Of a stretch of 64,000 nucleotides of DNA, positions 38,248-47,216 are shown piece after piece. The stretch spans positions 278,292 through 342,291 of the forward strand of contig CAVVWJ010000002.1 of assembly GCA_963751925.1 (NCBI GenBank). Direction: 5' to 3'. This DNA comes from an uncultured Gemmatimonadales bacterium (GTDB lineage: Bacteria > Gemmatimonadota > Gemmatimonadetes > Gemmatimonadales > GWC2-71-9). The notes under the pieces were generated by a model. It searched no databases and was not told the DNA's origin. It saw only the letters and a program-made list of their open reading frames with translations. The translations under genes and the position numbers were made by a program. Within the stretch, counting starts at the first letter, position 1; each line of letters opens with the position of its first letter.

Positions 38248-40175
38248 CCGCCACGCTGAATCCCCTGTATCGGTTCGACACCCTGGTCGTAGGCGCGGCC
38301 AACCGTCTCGCGTTCACCGCGGCCAAGGCAGTGGCCGAATCACCGGGCACGATTTACAACCCGCTGTTCATCTACGCCCGCCCTGGTCTGGGAAAGACTC
38401 ACCTGCTCATGGGTATCGGGCACGCCGCTCGGGCGATCAACCCGCAGCTGTCGGTCGAGTACCTCACCCTGGACGAGTTTGTCGAGTCGTTTCATGCCGC
38501 GGTAGCGGCAGGGCAGGGTGAGGCGTATCGCCGGCGCTTCATCGACGTCGATCTCTTGCTGGTGGACGACGTGCAATTCCTCACTCACCGCCGCGAGATG
38601 CAGGCGGAGCTCCTACGCCTGAGTGACGCCCTGCAGACAGCAAACCGCCAGATCGTCCTCACCAGCGATCGTCCGCCCGCCGAGATCGAGGCGCTCGACG
38701 AGCGGTTGATCCGCCGCTTCGCCGGCGGGCTCGTCATCGACGTGGCGGCACCCGATTACGAAACCCGGGTTGCCATTCTTCGCCGGAAAGCGGAGGAGCG
38801 CCGGGCCAAGTTCGGGAACGGCGTTCTCGAGGCTGTCGCGTCGCTGACGATCGACAACGTGCGGGAGCTGCTGGGCGCCTTGAATCGGTTGGTCGCGTTT
38901 CAGGCGGTCAGTGACACGCCGCTGCAGCCCGCCCAGGCCCGTGCCCTCGCCGGCGGCTCGGATGCGCCGGAGACCGGGCCGGTAGAACCCGCCGCGGACG
39001 AATTCGGCGACTTCCTCTCCGAGGTCTCTGCCACCGTTGCCCAGCAGGTGGATTCGTGGAAGACGAAAGTCGCCGCGGCAATTCTCCGGTGGGAAGGTGA
39101 AGGATTCCAGATCACTCGGCTGGAGAGCCTGCTGCAGCAGGAGATGACTACCGACCCGGAGCAAGTGCTTCGTCAATTTGAAGCGGACATCCGCCGGCTT
39201 CAGGCGCTCCGGACCGAAGCGGCGGAGCTGGCACCGGATCTGGCGGGCTCCAACGCATACCGCGATCCGGATGATCTCGCCGGGGCCGAGGCACTGACTC
39301 AACGCGCCCGCGACGGGGCGCACCCGCCGCCGGCACCGTCTCCCCTGTGGCTGCTGGAAGACCTGGTCGAGGCACCGGGGAACCGCATGGCCTTGCAGGC
39401 CGCGCGGGCGGTTGTGGCGGAGCCAGGGGTGCGATACAACCCGCTCGTCATCGTGGGCGCCACCGGTGTCGGCAAGACCCACCTGCTTCATGCACTGGGC
39501 AACGAGCTCGCTGCCAAGCGAAACGGTCCCATCGCGTGTCTCAGTGCCCACGAATTCACCAGCGAGCTCATCGAAGCGATCGATCGCGATGCCATCGGCG
39601 CCTGGCGCGCGAGATATCGCACTGCCGTGGCCTTCCTGCTCGATGACGTGCACCTGGTGGGCGACAAGGATCGGACCCAGGACGAGCTCTTCGTGCTGTT
39701 CAACTGGCTGATGGAAGCCGGCCGCCAGATGATCTTCACGTCTGCCGTACCCCTGGCGGACATGGTGGGCGTCGAGGCGCGGTTGCGAACCCGTCTCGAG
39801 GGCGGATTGGTGGTCGATCTTCCGGCACCAGATCGGGATATTCGTCAGCATGTGATCGAGCGACTGCTCGATGGCAAGCTGCCCCAGCCTGACGTGGAGC
39901 TGATCAACTATCTCGGGTCTCGTCCCGCGGAATCGGTGCGAACCGTGCACGGCCTGGTACAGCGGGTCCTCGCGGCGGCCGAGACCCAGGGTGTCGCCGC
40001 CACCTCCGTGCTCGCGCGTGAAGTGCTCGAAGGCGCGGTGCCGCGCGCCGCGCGACGCACTCCGAACACCCGCTCGAGCGGCGTGGTGGCCCCTGCCAGC
40101 GGGGCCCGAAGCCGGGAAAAGATCGTGTGGGAATGGCCCGACGTCGGTGACCGCATCGTCGAGGAGTGGCGCTGA
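38244..40175 (+). CDS. tandem DnaA-type AAA+ ATPase (two domain-III copies, no domain I or IV)
   Basis: Copy 1: [78 protein letters not shown]. Copy 2: [72 protein letters not shown]. No DnaA-box-binding HTH is present. Confidence 0.85.
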   Translation: MTATLNPLYRFDTLVVGAANRLAFTAAKAVAESPGTIYNPLFIYARPGLGKTHLLMGIGHAARAINPQLSVEYLTLDEFVESFHAAVAAGQGEAYRRRFIDVDLLLVDDVQFLTHRREMQAELLRLSDALQTANRQIVLTSDRPPAEIEALDERLIRRFAGGLVIDVAAPDYETRVAILRRKAEERRAKFGNGVLEAVASLTIDNVRELLGALNRLVAFQAVSDTPLQPAQARALAGGSDAPETGPVEPAADEFGDFLSEVSATVAQQVDSWKTKVAAAILRWEGEGFQITRLESLLQQEMTTDPEQVLRQFEADIRRLQALRTEAAELAPDLAGSNAYRDPDDLAGAEALTQRARDGAHPPPAPSPLWLLEDLVEAPGNRMALQAARAVVAEPGVRYNPLVIVGATGVGKTHLLHALGNELAAKRNGPIACLSAHEFTSELIEAIDRDAIGAWRARYRTAVAFLLDDVHLVGDKDRTQDELFVLFNWLMEAGRQMIFTSAVPLADMVGVEARLRTRLEGGLVVDLPAPDRDIRQHVIERLLDGKLPQPDVELINYLGSRPAESVRTVHGLVQRVLAAAETQGVAATSVLAREVLEGAVPRAARRTPNTRSSGVVAPASGARSREKIVWEWPDVGDRIVEEWR

Positions 40176-41794
40176 TGGCGATCAAGGGCAGCCTCAAAGA
40201 GGCCAGTCTTCCTGACGTCATCCAGCTGCTCTTTCTGGGCCGGCGGACCGGATGCCTTGCCCTCGCCGATCAGCACAACTTCGGCACCATTTATCTGGAC
40301 GAGGGACAGATCGTCTACGCCTCGATCGTGAACCGCCGCGATCGTCTGGGTGACATTCTCCTGCGAAAGGGACGGATCAGCGCCGAGCAGCTGCAGCAGG
40401 CCATCGATGCGCAGGTCGACGACCGGCAGCACAAGCTCGGCGAGATTCTCGTCGGCCTGGGAGTACTGAGCCGGGAAGAGCTGGAGGAGTACATCCGCAT
40501 CCAGATCGAGGAAGCGGTTTACTACCTGTTCACCTGGTCTTCCGGGACCTTCAACTTCGAGGCCGGCGTTCGCCCCGAACGCGAGGATTTCCTGGTCCGG
40601 ATCAGTCCCGAAGCGCTCCTGCTCGAAGGGGCCCGCCGAGTGGACGAGTGGAGCCTGATCGAGAAAAAGATTCCGTCGCTCGATCTGATCTTCTCGGTGG
40701 ACCAGAAACACATCGGTGAATCGGCCCCCACGCTCTCGGCCGAGCAGCAGCGCCTGATGCCGCTGATCGATGGCACCCGCGACGTCCGCCAGATCATCGA
40801 GGAGTCGGGGATGGTCGAGTTCGAGGTCGGCAAGGCGTTGTTCGGCCTCATCACCGCCGGCTTTGCCCATCGGGTGGGAACCTCAGCCGGGGCGACTGCC
40901 CCCAAGGTCAACGACAGTCGGGTCGAAGAGCACCGGAATCTCGGGATCGCTTTCTATAAGGCCGGGATGCTGGAAGAGGCGCTGCGTGAATTCCGCCGCG
41001 TCACCGATCTTCGGCCGTCGGACAGCAGCGCTCCTTTGTTTCTCGGACTCATCGCCATCCGGCAGGCGCGTTGGGAAGATGCGGCCGAGGCGCTGCGGCA
41101 AGCTTCAGGTTCCGGGGTGCCCAGGCCGGCGGCGCTGCACAACCTCGGCTTTGCTCTCGAGCAGCTGGGCCGCCTGGATGAGGCCGAGGCTGCCTACGGC
41201 GACGCTGCCGGACGCTCCCGCGACGACGGCCGAATCATGCTGGGCTGGAGTATCGTGGCCCTGAAACGGGGAGACTACCAGGTCGCGCTTGGCCGGATGG
41301 CCCGGGCCCGCGAGCTGCTCAACGGACGTCCCACACCCGCCCTTTGGTACTGGGCCGCGACCTTGGCCAGTGCCGGGATCAACGATGCCGAAGGCGCTCT
41401 CCGCTCGGCGAAGGACGGTGTTGCCGCTTTCCCGAACAACGCGGTGCTGCAGAACAATCTGGCAGTGCTGCTCGAGCTGAATGGCGATCTCGAGGGCGCC
41501 GAATCGATGCTCCGAGCGGCGCTGGCTGAAGATCCGGCGCTACCCCAGGTCTCCAAGAATCTGGCCGACATCCTGTATCGGAACGGACGCTTTGACGAAG
41601 CGGGCGAGGCCTACGAGCGCGCGGCAAAACTCAATCCCGAACTGGGAGACGATCTCTACTTCAAGCTCGGCAACATCGCATACAAGCGGCGAGATCACGA
41701 TCGCGCGAGGGAAAGCTGGGCCCAGGCGACATCGCTCAACCCGGGACATCAGCTGGCCCGGGCAAATCTCGAGATGCTGGATCTCTCCCAGTGA
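40175..41794 (+). CDS. PATAN/DUF4388 - TPR protein (paralogue of 34947..35987)
   Basis: [30 protein letters not shown] aligns with the N-terminus of the paralogue. Helical insertion LRKGRISAEQLQQAIDAQVDDRQHKLGEILVGLGVLSREELEEYI, then YYLFTWSSGTFNFE. The C-terminal half is TPR. The ORF track start GTG 40166 is an alternative. Confidence 0.8.
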   Translation: MAIKGSLKEASLPDVIQLLFLGRRTGCLALADQHNFGTIYLDEGQIVYASIVNRRDRLGDILLRKGRISAEQLQQAIDAQVDDRQHKLGEILVGLGVLSREELEEYIRIQIEEAVYYLFTWSSGTFNFEAGVRPEREDFLVRISPEALLLEGARRVDEWSLIEKKIPSLDLIFSVDQKHIGESAPTLSAEQQRLMPLIDGTRDVRQIIEESGMVEFEVGKALFGLITAGFAHRVGTSAGATAPKVNDSRVEEHRNLGIAFYKAGMLEEALREFRRVTDLRPSDSSAPLFLGLIAIRQARWEDAAEALRQASGSGVPRPAALHNLGFALEQLGRLDEAEAAYGDAAGRSRDDGRIMLGWSIVALKRGDYQVALGRMARARELLNGRPTPALWYWAATLASAGINDAEGALRSAKDGVAAFPNNAVLQNNLAVLLELNGDLEGAESMLRAALAEDPALPQVSKNLADILYRNGRFDEAGEAYERAAKLNPELGDDLYFKLGNIAYKRRDHDRARESWAQATSLNPGHQLARANLEMLDLSQ

Positions 41795-42612
41795 CGCAGG
41801 GTGACGAGGCAGCCTTCATGGCGCTGACACGGAAGATCTCGCGTGAGGCCGGCCTCACGCTGCAGGACTACAAGGACAAGTGCCTCCGTCGGCGCATCGC
41901 CGTCCGGATGCGGGCCTGCGGCGTCCACACGTACCCCGACTACCAGCTGGTGCTTGACGCGAGTCCGGCGGAGTACCAACGGCTCAAGGACGCCCTCACG
42001 ATCAACGTGACCCGCTTCTATCGAAACGCTGATACCTGGAACCTTCTCCGGGCCGGTCTGCTGGATGAAGTCTTTCAGGCGGCACCCGGGCCGGTGAGCG
42101 CATGGAGCGCGGGATGTTCATCGGGCGAAGAGCCCTATACCCTCGCCGTCCTCATGGCGGATCTGGTCGACCGGCAGGGTCGTCCTGAGCGGCTCGGACT
42201 GGTGACAGTTGACGCCACCGATATCGATCGGCAGTGTCTCGAGCTGGCCAAGGCCGGCCGCTATAGCCGTGACGCCATCGCCGAGGTCCCACCCGAGCTG
42301 GTCGAGCGCTACTTCGAGGAGGATGGGGCAGGGTGCCGGGTCATCGACCGGGTGCGCCAGCGTGTGGTCGTGCGCGCCCTCGATCTGAGCTCTGACCCGC
42401 CTCCGCGGCTCAATTATCAGCTCATCCTCTGCCGGAATGTTGTCATTTACTTCGGACGCGCCGCGCAGGAGCGCGTGTTCCTGGCGTTTGCCGATGCGCT
42501 CGCTCCCGGCGGGCTTCTGGTACTGGGGAAGGTGGAGACACTCTTTGGAGCCGCTAGAGAACGCCTCACGCTGCTGGATCCGCGCGAGCGGGTGTATCGG
42601 CGGACCGCATGA
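41791..42612 (+). CDS. cheR: chemotaxis protein methyltransferase CheR
   Basis: LTINVTRFYRNADTW, SAM-binding AWSAGCSSGEEPYTLAVLM, and ILCRNVVIYF. Confidence 0.9.
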   Translation: MTQGDEAAFMALTRKISREAGLTLQDYKDKCLRRRIAVRMRACGVHTYPDYQLVLDASPAEYQRLKDALTINVTRFYRNADTWNLLRAGLLDEVFQAAPGPVSAWSAGCSSGEEPYTLAVLMADLVDRQGRPERLGLVTVDATDIDRQCLELAKAGRYSRDAIAEVPPELVERYFEEDGAGCRVIDRVRQRVVVRALDLSSDPPPRLNYQLILCRNVVIYFGRAAQERVFLAFADALAPGGLLVLGKVETLFGAARERLTLLDPRERVYRRTA

Positions 42613-43097
42613 GCGGACGAGAGCTCGTCGTGCGCGTGGCCGACCTGAGAATCGGCGTAGAGGATGACACTCTGGTCACGGTGGGCCTGGGAAGCTGCGT
42701 CGCCATCCTGCTCCACGATGCCACGGCTCGAGTGGGAGGATTAGCGCACGTTCTCCTGCCATCTCCGGCGCTGAGTCGGAGCGATGGGAACCTCGCCAAG
42801 TTCCCCCAATCAGCGGTGCCCCGCCTGCTCGAGCTGATGGCCGCCGACGGCGCCAGCCCACGGCGCATCACTGCCCGTCTCGCCGGTGGAGCGAGCATGT
42901 TCGCCGCACTCGCACCGCTCGGAACGATTCACATGGGTGAGCGAAATCTGGTGGCGGCACGACAGGTCTTGAGCTTGCACGGGATCCCTCTGTCTGGCGA
43001 AGCGGTCGGCGGTGACTTCGGCCGAACGGTGCGCATGCGGGTCTCGGACGGGCGAGTCGATGTGAGCACGGTGGCGCATGGTGTCCAGCAGCTCTGA
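42609..43097 (+). CDS. cheD: chemoreceptor glutamine deamidase CheD
   Basis: [14 protein letters not shown]...[16 protein letters not shown] and [11 protein letters not shown]. Confidence 0.9.
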   Translation: MSGRELVVRVADLRIGVEDDTLVTVGLGSCVAILLHDATARVGGLAHVLLPSPALSRSDGNLAKFPQSAVPRLLELMAADGASPRRITARLAGGASMFAALAPLGTIHMGERNLVAARQVLSLHGIPLSGEAVGGDFGRTVRMRVSDGRVDVSTVAHGVQQL

Positions 43098-44151
43098 CCC
43101 GAGCCGGGTCCTGGTGGTGGACGACAGCCCGTTCTTCCGCCGGCTCCTCACCGACGTGGTCGACGGCTCGGGCGAGTTCCGCGTCGTGGCCACCGCTCGC
43201 GATGGTATGGATGCGCTGCGGAAAGTCCGCGCCCACGCTCCCGACGTCATTCTCATGGACATCGAGATGCCCGAGCTCGATGGTCTGGGTGCCATCGGAT
43301 ACATCATGGCTGAGTCGCCTCGGCCGATCGTCGTTGTGAGCGCGCATGTGGGACCGGGAATGGCCGCCGCGATTCGGGCGCTCGAGCTCGGGGCAGTGGA
43401 TCTGGTAGCCAAGGAAGAGGAGCGCGGAGCGGCGGCGACGGCCCGATTCGCCGAGCGCCTGATGGCGGTGCTGCGCACGGCCCGTGCGGCGGAAATCCGG
43501 CGGCTCGACCGCCCTGAGCGCCGCGAGGGTGTGGTAGCGGCAGCAACATCACAGGCCACAGGACACGCTCGCCTCTGTGTCGCAATCGCGGCCTCCACCG
43601 GAGGACCACGTGCCCTCGCCGACATCGTTCCGCTCCTTCCGACCGGCTTCCAGGCTGGGGTGCTGATCGTTCAGCACATGCCACCGAAGTTCACCCACAG
43701 CTTGGCGGAGCGGTTGGCGTCGCAGAGCCGGATGAAGGTGGTGGAGGCACAAGATCAAATGTCGCTGGAGCCGGACACAGCCTACGTGGCCCCGGGAGAC
43801 TACCACATGCGGGTTGCCACCGACTCCGGTAGAACCCGGATCACTCTGGACCAGGAGCCCTCGGTGTGGGGAGTTCGACCCGCAGCTGATCCACTGTTCA
43901 GCAGCGTCGCCCGTTGTTTTGGGCCGCGTGCCGTCGGCGTAGTCCTCACCGGGATCGGGCGTGATGGCGCCCAAGGCTTGCGGCAGATTCACGATGCGGG
44001 TGGTGTGGGCATTGCCCAGGACCGTGCGACAGCGACGATCTATGGTATGCCTGCAGCCGCGCTCCACGCCGGAGGGGCCGACTACGTCCTGCCGGTGTCC
44101 GAGATCGCGGGTCAGGTCGCAGCCGAGTTGACCCGGCTGAGGAAGCTATGA
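43078..44151 (+). CDS. cheB: chemotaxis response regulator protein-glutamate methylesterase CheB
   Basis: Receiver domain [12 protein letters not shown]...[13 protein letters not shown]. Esterase domain [25 protein letters not shown] and IAQD. Confidence 0.93.
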   Translation: MVSSSSDPSRVLVVDDSPFFRRLLTDVVDGSGEFRVVATARDGMDALRKVRAHAPDVILMDIEMPELDGLGAIGYIMAESPRPIVVVSAHVGPGMAAAIRALELGAVDLVAKEEERGAAATARFAERLMAVLRTARAAEIRRLDRPERREGVVAAATSQATGHARLCVAIAASTGGPRALADIVPLLPTGFQAGVLIVQHMPPKFTHSLAERLASQSRMKVVEAQDQMSLEPDTAYVAPGDYHMRVATDSGRTRITLDQEPSVWGVRPAADPLFSSVARCFGPRAVGVVLTGIGRDGAQGLRQIHDAGGVGIAQDRATATIYGMPAAALHAGGADYVLPVSEIAGQVAAELTRLRKL

Positions 44152-44573
44152 GCAGCCGGGGTGGTGGCTTCCTGCTGGTCCGCACCGGAAGCCGGAGAGT
44201 CGGGTTGGAGCTATCGCATGTTGTTCAGGTTACCGAGATCGGAGCGGTTCACCCGGTGCCGGCCATCGATCCAGCGCTCCGGGGCATTGCCGCGGTTCAC
44301 GGCCGGATGGTTCCGGTGGTGCACCTCGGGGCATTGCTGGAGGCAAGGCCGTGCCCGCCACGGGAGGGAAACCTCGCGGTATTGATCGTGGTCGATGGCC
44401 GGCACATGTGCCTGGAGATAGACGAGGCGGAGATCGTGGTACGCCAGGCGCCGCTGCCGGTCCCTCCCGGGGCGACACTTCCCTGGGCTGTCGGGGTCGC
44501 CCGCCTTCCTGACGGGCTCGTCCCGTTGCTGGATCTGTCTCTAGTCAGCTCACGTTTTCTGGAGGCGGCATGA
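44148..44573 (+). CDS. CheW-like protein (divergent)
   Basis: [57 protein letters not shown] is a CheW-like pattern. ATGA junctions on both sides. Confidence 0.8.
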   Translation: MSSRGGGFLLVRTGSRRVGLELSHVVQVTEIGAVHPVPAIDPALRGIAAVHGRMVPVVHLGALLEARPCPPREGNLAVLIVVDGRHMCLEIDEAEIVVRQAPLPVPPGATLPWAVGVARLPDGLVPLLDLSLVSSRFLEAA

Positions 44574-45040
44574 CGAGCGACGGCTCCGACGATATCCAGA
44601 TGGTCACCTTTCGGGTCGGCCGGCAGGAATTCGCGTTCGACATCCTGCAGGTCGAGCGTATCCTTCGCTACACCGTTCCCTCGCCGCTTCCGAAAGCCCC
44701 CCGCTTTCTCGAGGGAGTGATGCCGTATGGCGATGGTGCCATTCCGGTGATCGACTTACGGAAGCGCTTCGAGCTGGACGCGCCGATCAAAGAAGAAACC
44801 CGCCTGATGGTTCTGGAGCTGGAGGTCCAGCGGGTGGGCGTGCTGGTGGATGAGGTCAATGAGGTCATACGGGTCGACAGCACCACCATCACCGCTCCTG
44901 GGCGAGTCGTGAGCGGCCTCGCGGCCGAGTACATCGCCGGCATCATCAGCATGCCGGAGCGGACCATCATCATCCTCAACGCGCGGAAACTGCTCTCGTC
45001 CAACGAGCGCCTCGCCCTCACCGAGCTGGGAGCCGCGTAG
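44570..45040 (+). CDS. cheW: CheW coupling protein
   Basis: MVTFRVGRQEFAFDILQVERILRYTVPSPLPKAPRFLEGVMPYGDGAIPVIDLRKRF and VLVDEVNEVIRV. Confidence 0.85.
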   Translation: MTSDGSDDIQMVTFRVGRQEFAFDILQVERILRYTVPSPLPKAPRFLEGVMPYGDGAIPVIDLRKRFELDAPIKEETRLMVLELEVQRVGVLVDEVNEVIRVDSTTITAPGRVVSGLAAEYIAGIISMPERTIIILNARKLLSSNERLALTELGAA

Positions 45041-45913
45041 ATGAGCGATCCGTTGCTGGTGTCGCTTCGCACCCAGCTGCAGGAGATATCAAGCCGGGTG
45101 GACAGCCAGACTACTGCGCCCGAACGTGAGGCGGTGAAGCGGGAGATCATTGCCTTATTCAAGCGGGTGGACGGGGTCCTCACTGATCTCGGACAGATGA
45201 AGGAAGACATCCGGGGCTTGGTAGAGCGGTACAAGCAGTCGAACGGCGCCACAGAAACCGGACCGGCTCCCCAGTTTACCGGCGCGCGTCCCGCCGTCCA
45301 TGCCGACCATCTCGGCGCCTCCACCTACATCGAAAAAGGTTGGAGCCTGATCTCTCTCGGGGATTATGCGGGCGCGATCCAGGCGTTGGAAAAAGCCCTG
45401 ACCCTGTCGCCGGGAGCGGTACAGGCACAATCGCTGCTCGGCTGGGCCCAGATGCTACATGAAGACTACGATGACGCCTTGGGCAACTTCTCCAAGGTGC
45501 TGATGAAGGAGCCGGCCAACGCCCTGGCGCGCATCAACGTGGGGTACATCTGTCTGAAGAAGCGTATCTTTGGTGAGGCCATCGAACATCTCTCGAAGGC
45601 GATTCGGCTCGACAACGACCGCAAGGCCACGCTCTACGCCCATTACTATCTGGGTCTGGTCTATCTCGAGCGCGAGATGTATGAGGACGCGCAGACGTTC
45701 CTGCGGAAGACCCTGAAGCTCGGCCCCAATCTCATCGAGGCTTACTTTGAGTTGGGCCGGGCACTCTGGCTGATGGGCAATCGGGAAGAAGCAGTGCAAG
45801 TGTGGGGCGAAGGCTACAAAGCCAACAAATTCAATCCCTGGGCCAAACGGTGCCAAGAGATGCTCGAGGTAGCCAAGGCCGGAGGTGAGGTCCCGCGCAG
45901 TCCGCTCTCCTAG
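45041..45913 (+). CDS. coiled-coil + TPR protein, last gene of the cluster
   Basis: An N-terminal ~70-aa helical segment is followed by TPRs (GDYAGAIQALEKALTLSP, DYDDALGNFSKVLMKEP, AHYYLGLVYLEREMYEDAQTFLRKTLKLGP). ATG directly abuts the cheW stop. Confidence 0.8.
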   Translation: MSDPLLVSLRTQLQEISSRVDSQTTAPEREAVKREIIALFKRVDGVLTDLGQMKEDIRGLVERYKQSNGATETGPAPQFTGARPAVHADHLGASTYIEKGWSLISLGDYAGAIQALEKALTLSPGAVQAQSLLGWAQMLHEDYDDALGNFSKVLMKEPANALARINVGYICLKKRIFGEAIEHLSKAIRLDNDRKATLYAHYYLGLVYLEREMYEDAQTFLRKTLKLGPNLIEAYFELGRALWLMGNREEAVQVWGEGYKANKFNPWAKRCQEMLEVAKAGGEVPRSPLS

Positions 45914-45990
45914 CTGTTCTCTGCTCGCTCGCTGCTCACATCGTCCCACTGCAGGGAAAGCCAACGGCCGTTCGGGTCGGACCAGTTACC

Positions 45991-46806
45991 GTGGTTGCGT
46001 GGCCGGCCCAGCTCAAGCTTGCCGTCGATTTAGCACAGCGGGCCGCCTCGCCGACTGAGTGGCCCGGCCTGGCAGCCCAAACTCCGGAGCCGCTCCAGCT
46101 CATTGTCGTGCCGAACGGGAAATATCTGGACTCTCTGTCGTCGGGGCGAGCACCCAATTGGAGCGCCGCTGTTGCCCTGCCCAACGCGCGCACCATTCTA
46201 CTTCGCGCGGACCGTGAGGAGCTGTACGGCACCCTCCGCCATGAGCTGGCTCATCTCGCCTTGCACCGCGCGGTGTCGGTGCGGGTGCCACTTTGGTTCG
46301 ACGAGGGCTACGCCTCGTGGGCCGCCGGTGAATGGGATCGCTCCGGACTCCTCGACCTCAACCTAGCGGTAGTACGAGGTGCGATCCCCGACCTGGAATC
46401 TCTCGACGGCGCACTGCGGGGCTCGGCCAGCACCGCCGATGCAGCGTATGCTTTAGCGATGTCCGCGGTCACGGAATTGGCCGCTCGCAATCCGGAGCAT
46501 TCGATCGGGCCGCTGCTCAAGCGATTGCAGTCTGGCGAGGACTTCGAGACCGCAGTTCGGGTGACGACTGGTCTCACGTTGGGACAGTTCGAGCGCGAAT
46601 GGCGACAGGTGGTCCGGCGCCGTTACAGCCTGGTTACCTGGGTTCTGGCCGGGGGTGGCTGGGGGTTGATCGCCCTTACCTTCTGGGCCCTCTCACGGCT
46701 TCGGAAGCGAGGCGACCGAGCCCGCCGTGCTGCCCTCGATCAGGGTTGGGTCATCGACCCGGAAAGCACAGCCACATCAGAACTTGACCGAACCCCGGAA
46801 CCATAG
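45991..46806 (+). CDS. MA-clan peptidase-like protein with C-terminal membrane anchor
   Basis: HExxH at RHELAHLALH, downstream WFDEGYASW (third-ligand Glu pattern), and C-terminal TM WVLAGGGWGLIALTFWAL. The start codon (GTG 45991) is uncertain. Confidence 0.65.
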   Translation: MVAWPAQLKLAVDLAQRAASPTEWPGLAAQTPEPLQLIVVPNGKYLDSLSSGRAPNWSAAVALPNARTILLRADREELYGTLRHELAHLALHRAVSVRVPLWFDEGYASWAAGEWDRSGLLDLNLAVVRGAIPDLESLDGALRGSASTADAAYALAMSAVTELAARNPEHSIGPLLKRLQSGEDFETAVRVTTGLTLGQFEREWRQVVRRRYSLVTWVLAGGGWGLIALTFWALSRLRKRGDRARRAALDQGWVIDPESTATSELDRTPEP

Positions 46807-46819
46807 TAGCCTAACGCCT

Positions 46820-47011
46820 ATGTCGAATCCCCGTTCTTCCGCAGCACCTCGTCACTTCCTGCTTGCGCCGCGGAACCTCATCATTCTCGCGGCAGCGGTG
46901 CTAGTCTTGGTGGCAGGATATCTCACGCTCAAGGCAGGCTATCCCAGCGCGGCGGCGGTAATCCTTGTCTTCGGCTATTGCGTGCTGTTTCCGATCGGTA
47001 TCGCCTTATAG
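46820..47011 (+). CDS. 63-aa two-helix membrane protein
   Basis: MSNPRSSAAPRHFLLAPRNLIILAAAVLVLVAGYLTLKAGYPSAAAVILVFGYCVLFPIGIAL. The internal ATG of ORF 46727..47011 is preferred. Confidence 0.5.
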   Translation: MSNPRSSAAPRHFLLAPRNLIILAAAVLVLVAGYLTLKAGYPSAAAVILVFGYCVLFPIGIAL

Positions 47012-47080
47012 CGAGGTGTCGGATATCACGGCACGGTCTCTGCAAGCTCACTAAAAAAGTTACAGAAGGCGTCGCCCAAA

Positions 47081-47155
47081 GGGCGAATAGCTCAGCTGGT
47101 TCAGAGCGCCTGCCTTACACGCAGGATGTCGGGGGTTCGAATCCCTCTTCGCCCA
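47081..47155 (+). tRNA. tRNA-Val (anticodon TAC)
   Basis: Folded by hand: acceptor GGGCGAA/TTCGCCC, D-arm GCTC-AGCTGGTTCA-GAGC, anticodon arm CCTGC-CTTACAC-GCAGG, T-arm GGGGG-TTCGAAT-CCCTC, discriminator A. No encoded CCA. Confidence 0.93.
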
Positions 47156-47216
47156 CTCGCAGCGTCTCATGCGCTGTTCACTGGCCCGATGGGGCCGTCC
47201 TGTTTGGAGATCGAGA

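Noticed and set aside
38613-39950. Very long antisense ORFs opposite confirmed genes, e.g. 445 aa at 38613-39950, 476 aa at 60242-61672, 356 aa at 34389-35459, 316 aa at 22805-23755 and 380 aa at 58393-59535.
   Set aside because: Their translations are Arg/Pro/Gly-rich low-complexity strings with no motifs. The opposite strand in each case carries an unmistakable conserved protein (DnaA-like, MurC, TPR, PNP, FtsW). Stop-codon paucity in GC-rich DNA explains them.
38244-40175. The DnaA-like gene as a marker of the chromosomal replication origin.
   Set aside because: The protein lacks domains I and IV. There is no dnaN, recF or gyrB next to it, no AT-rich unwinding element and no cluster of TTATCCACA-like boxes in the tiny flanking gaps. 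It sits in the middle of an operon.
47063-47090. 6-bp hairpin (TCGCCC-aaa-GGGCGA) in which the leader pairs with the 5' acceptor strand of tRNA-Val.
   Set aside because: It is short enough to be chance. The leader simply repeats the tRNA 3' acceptor sequence. There is no further support for a regulatory role.
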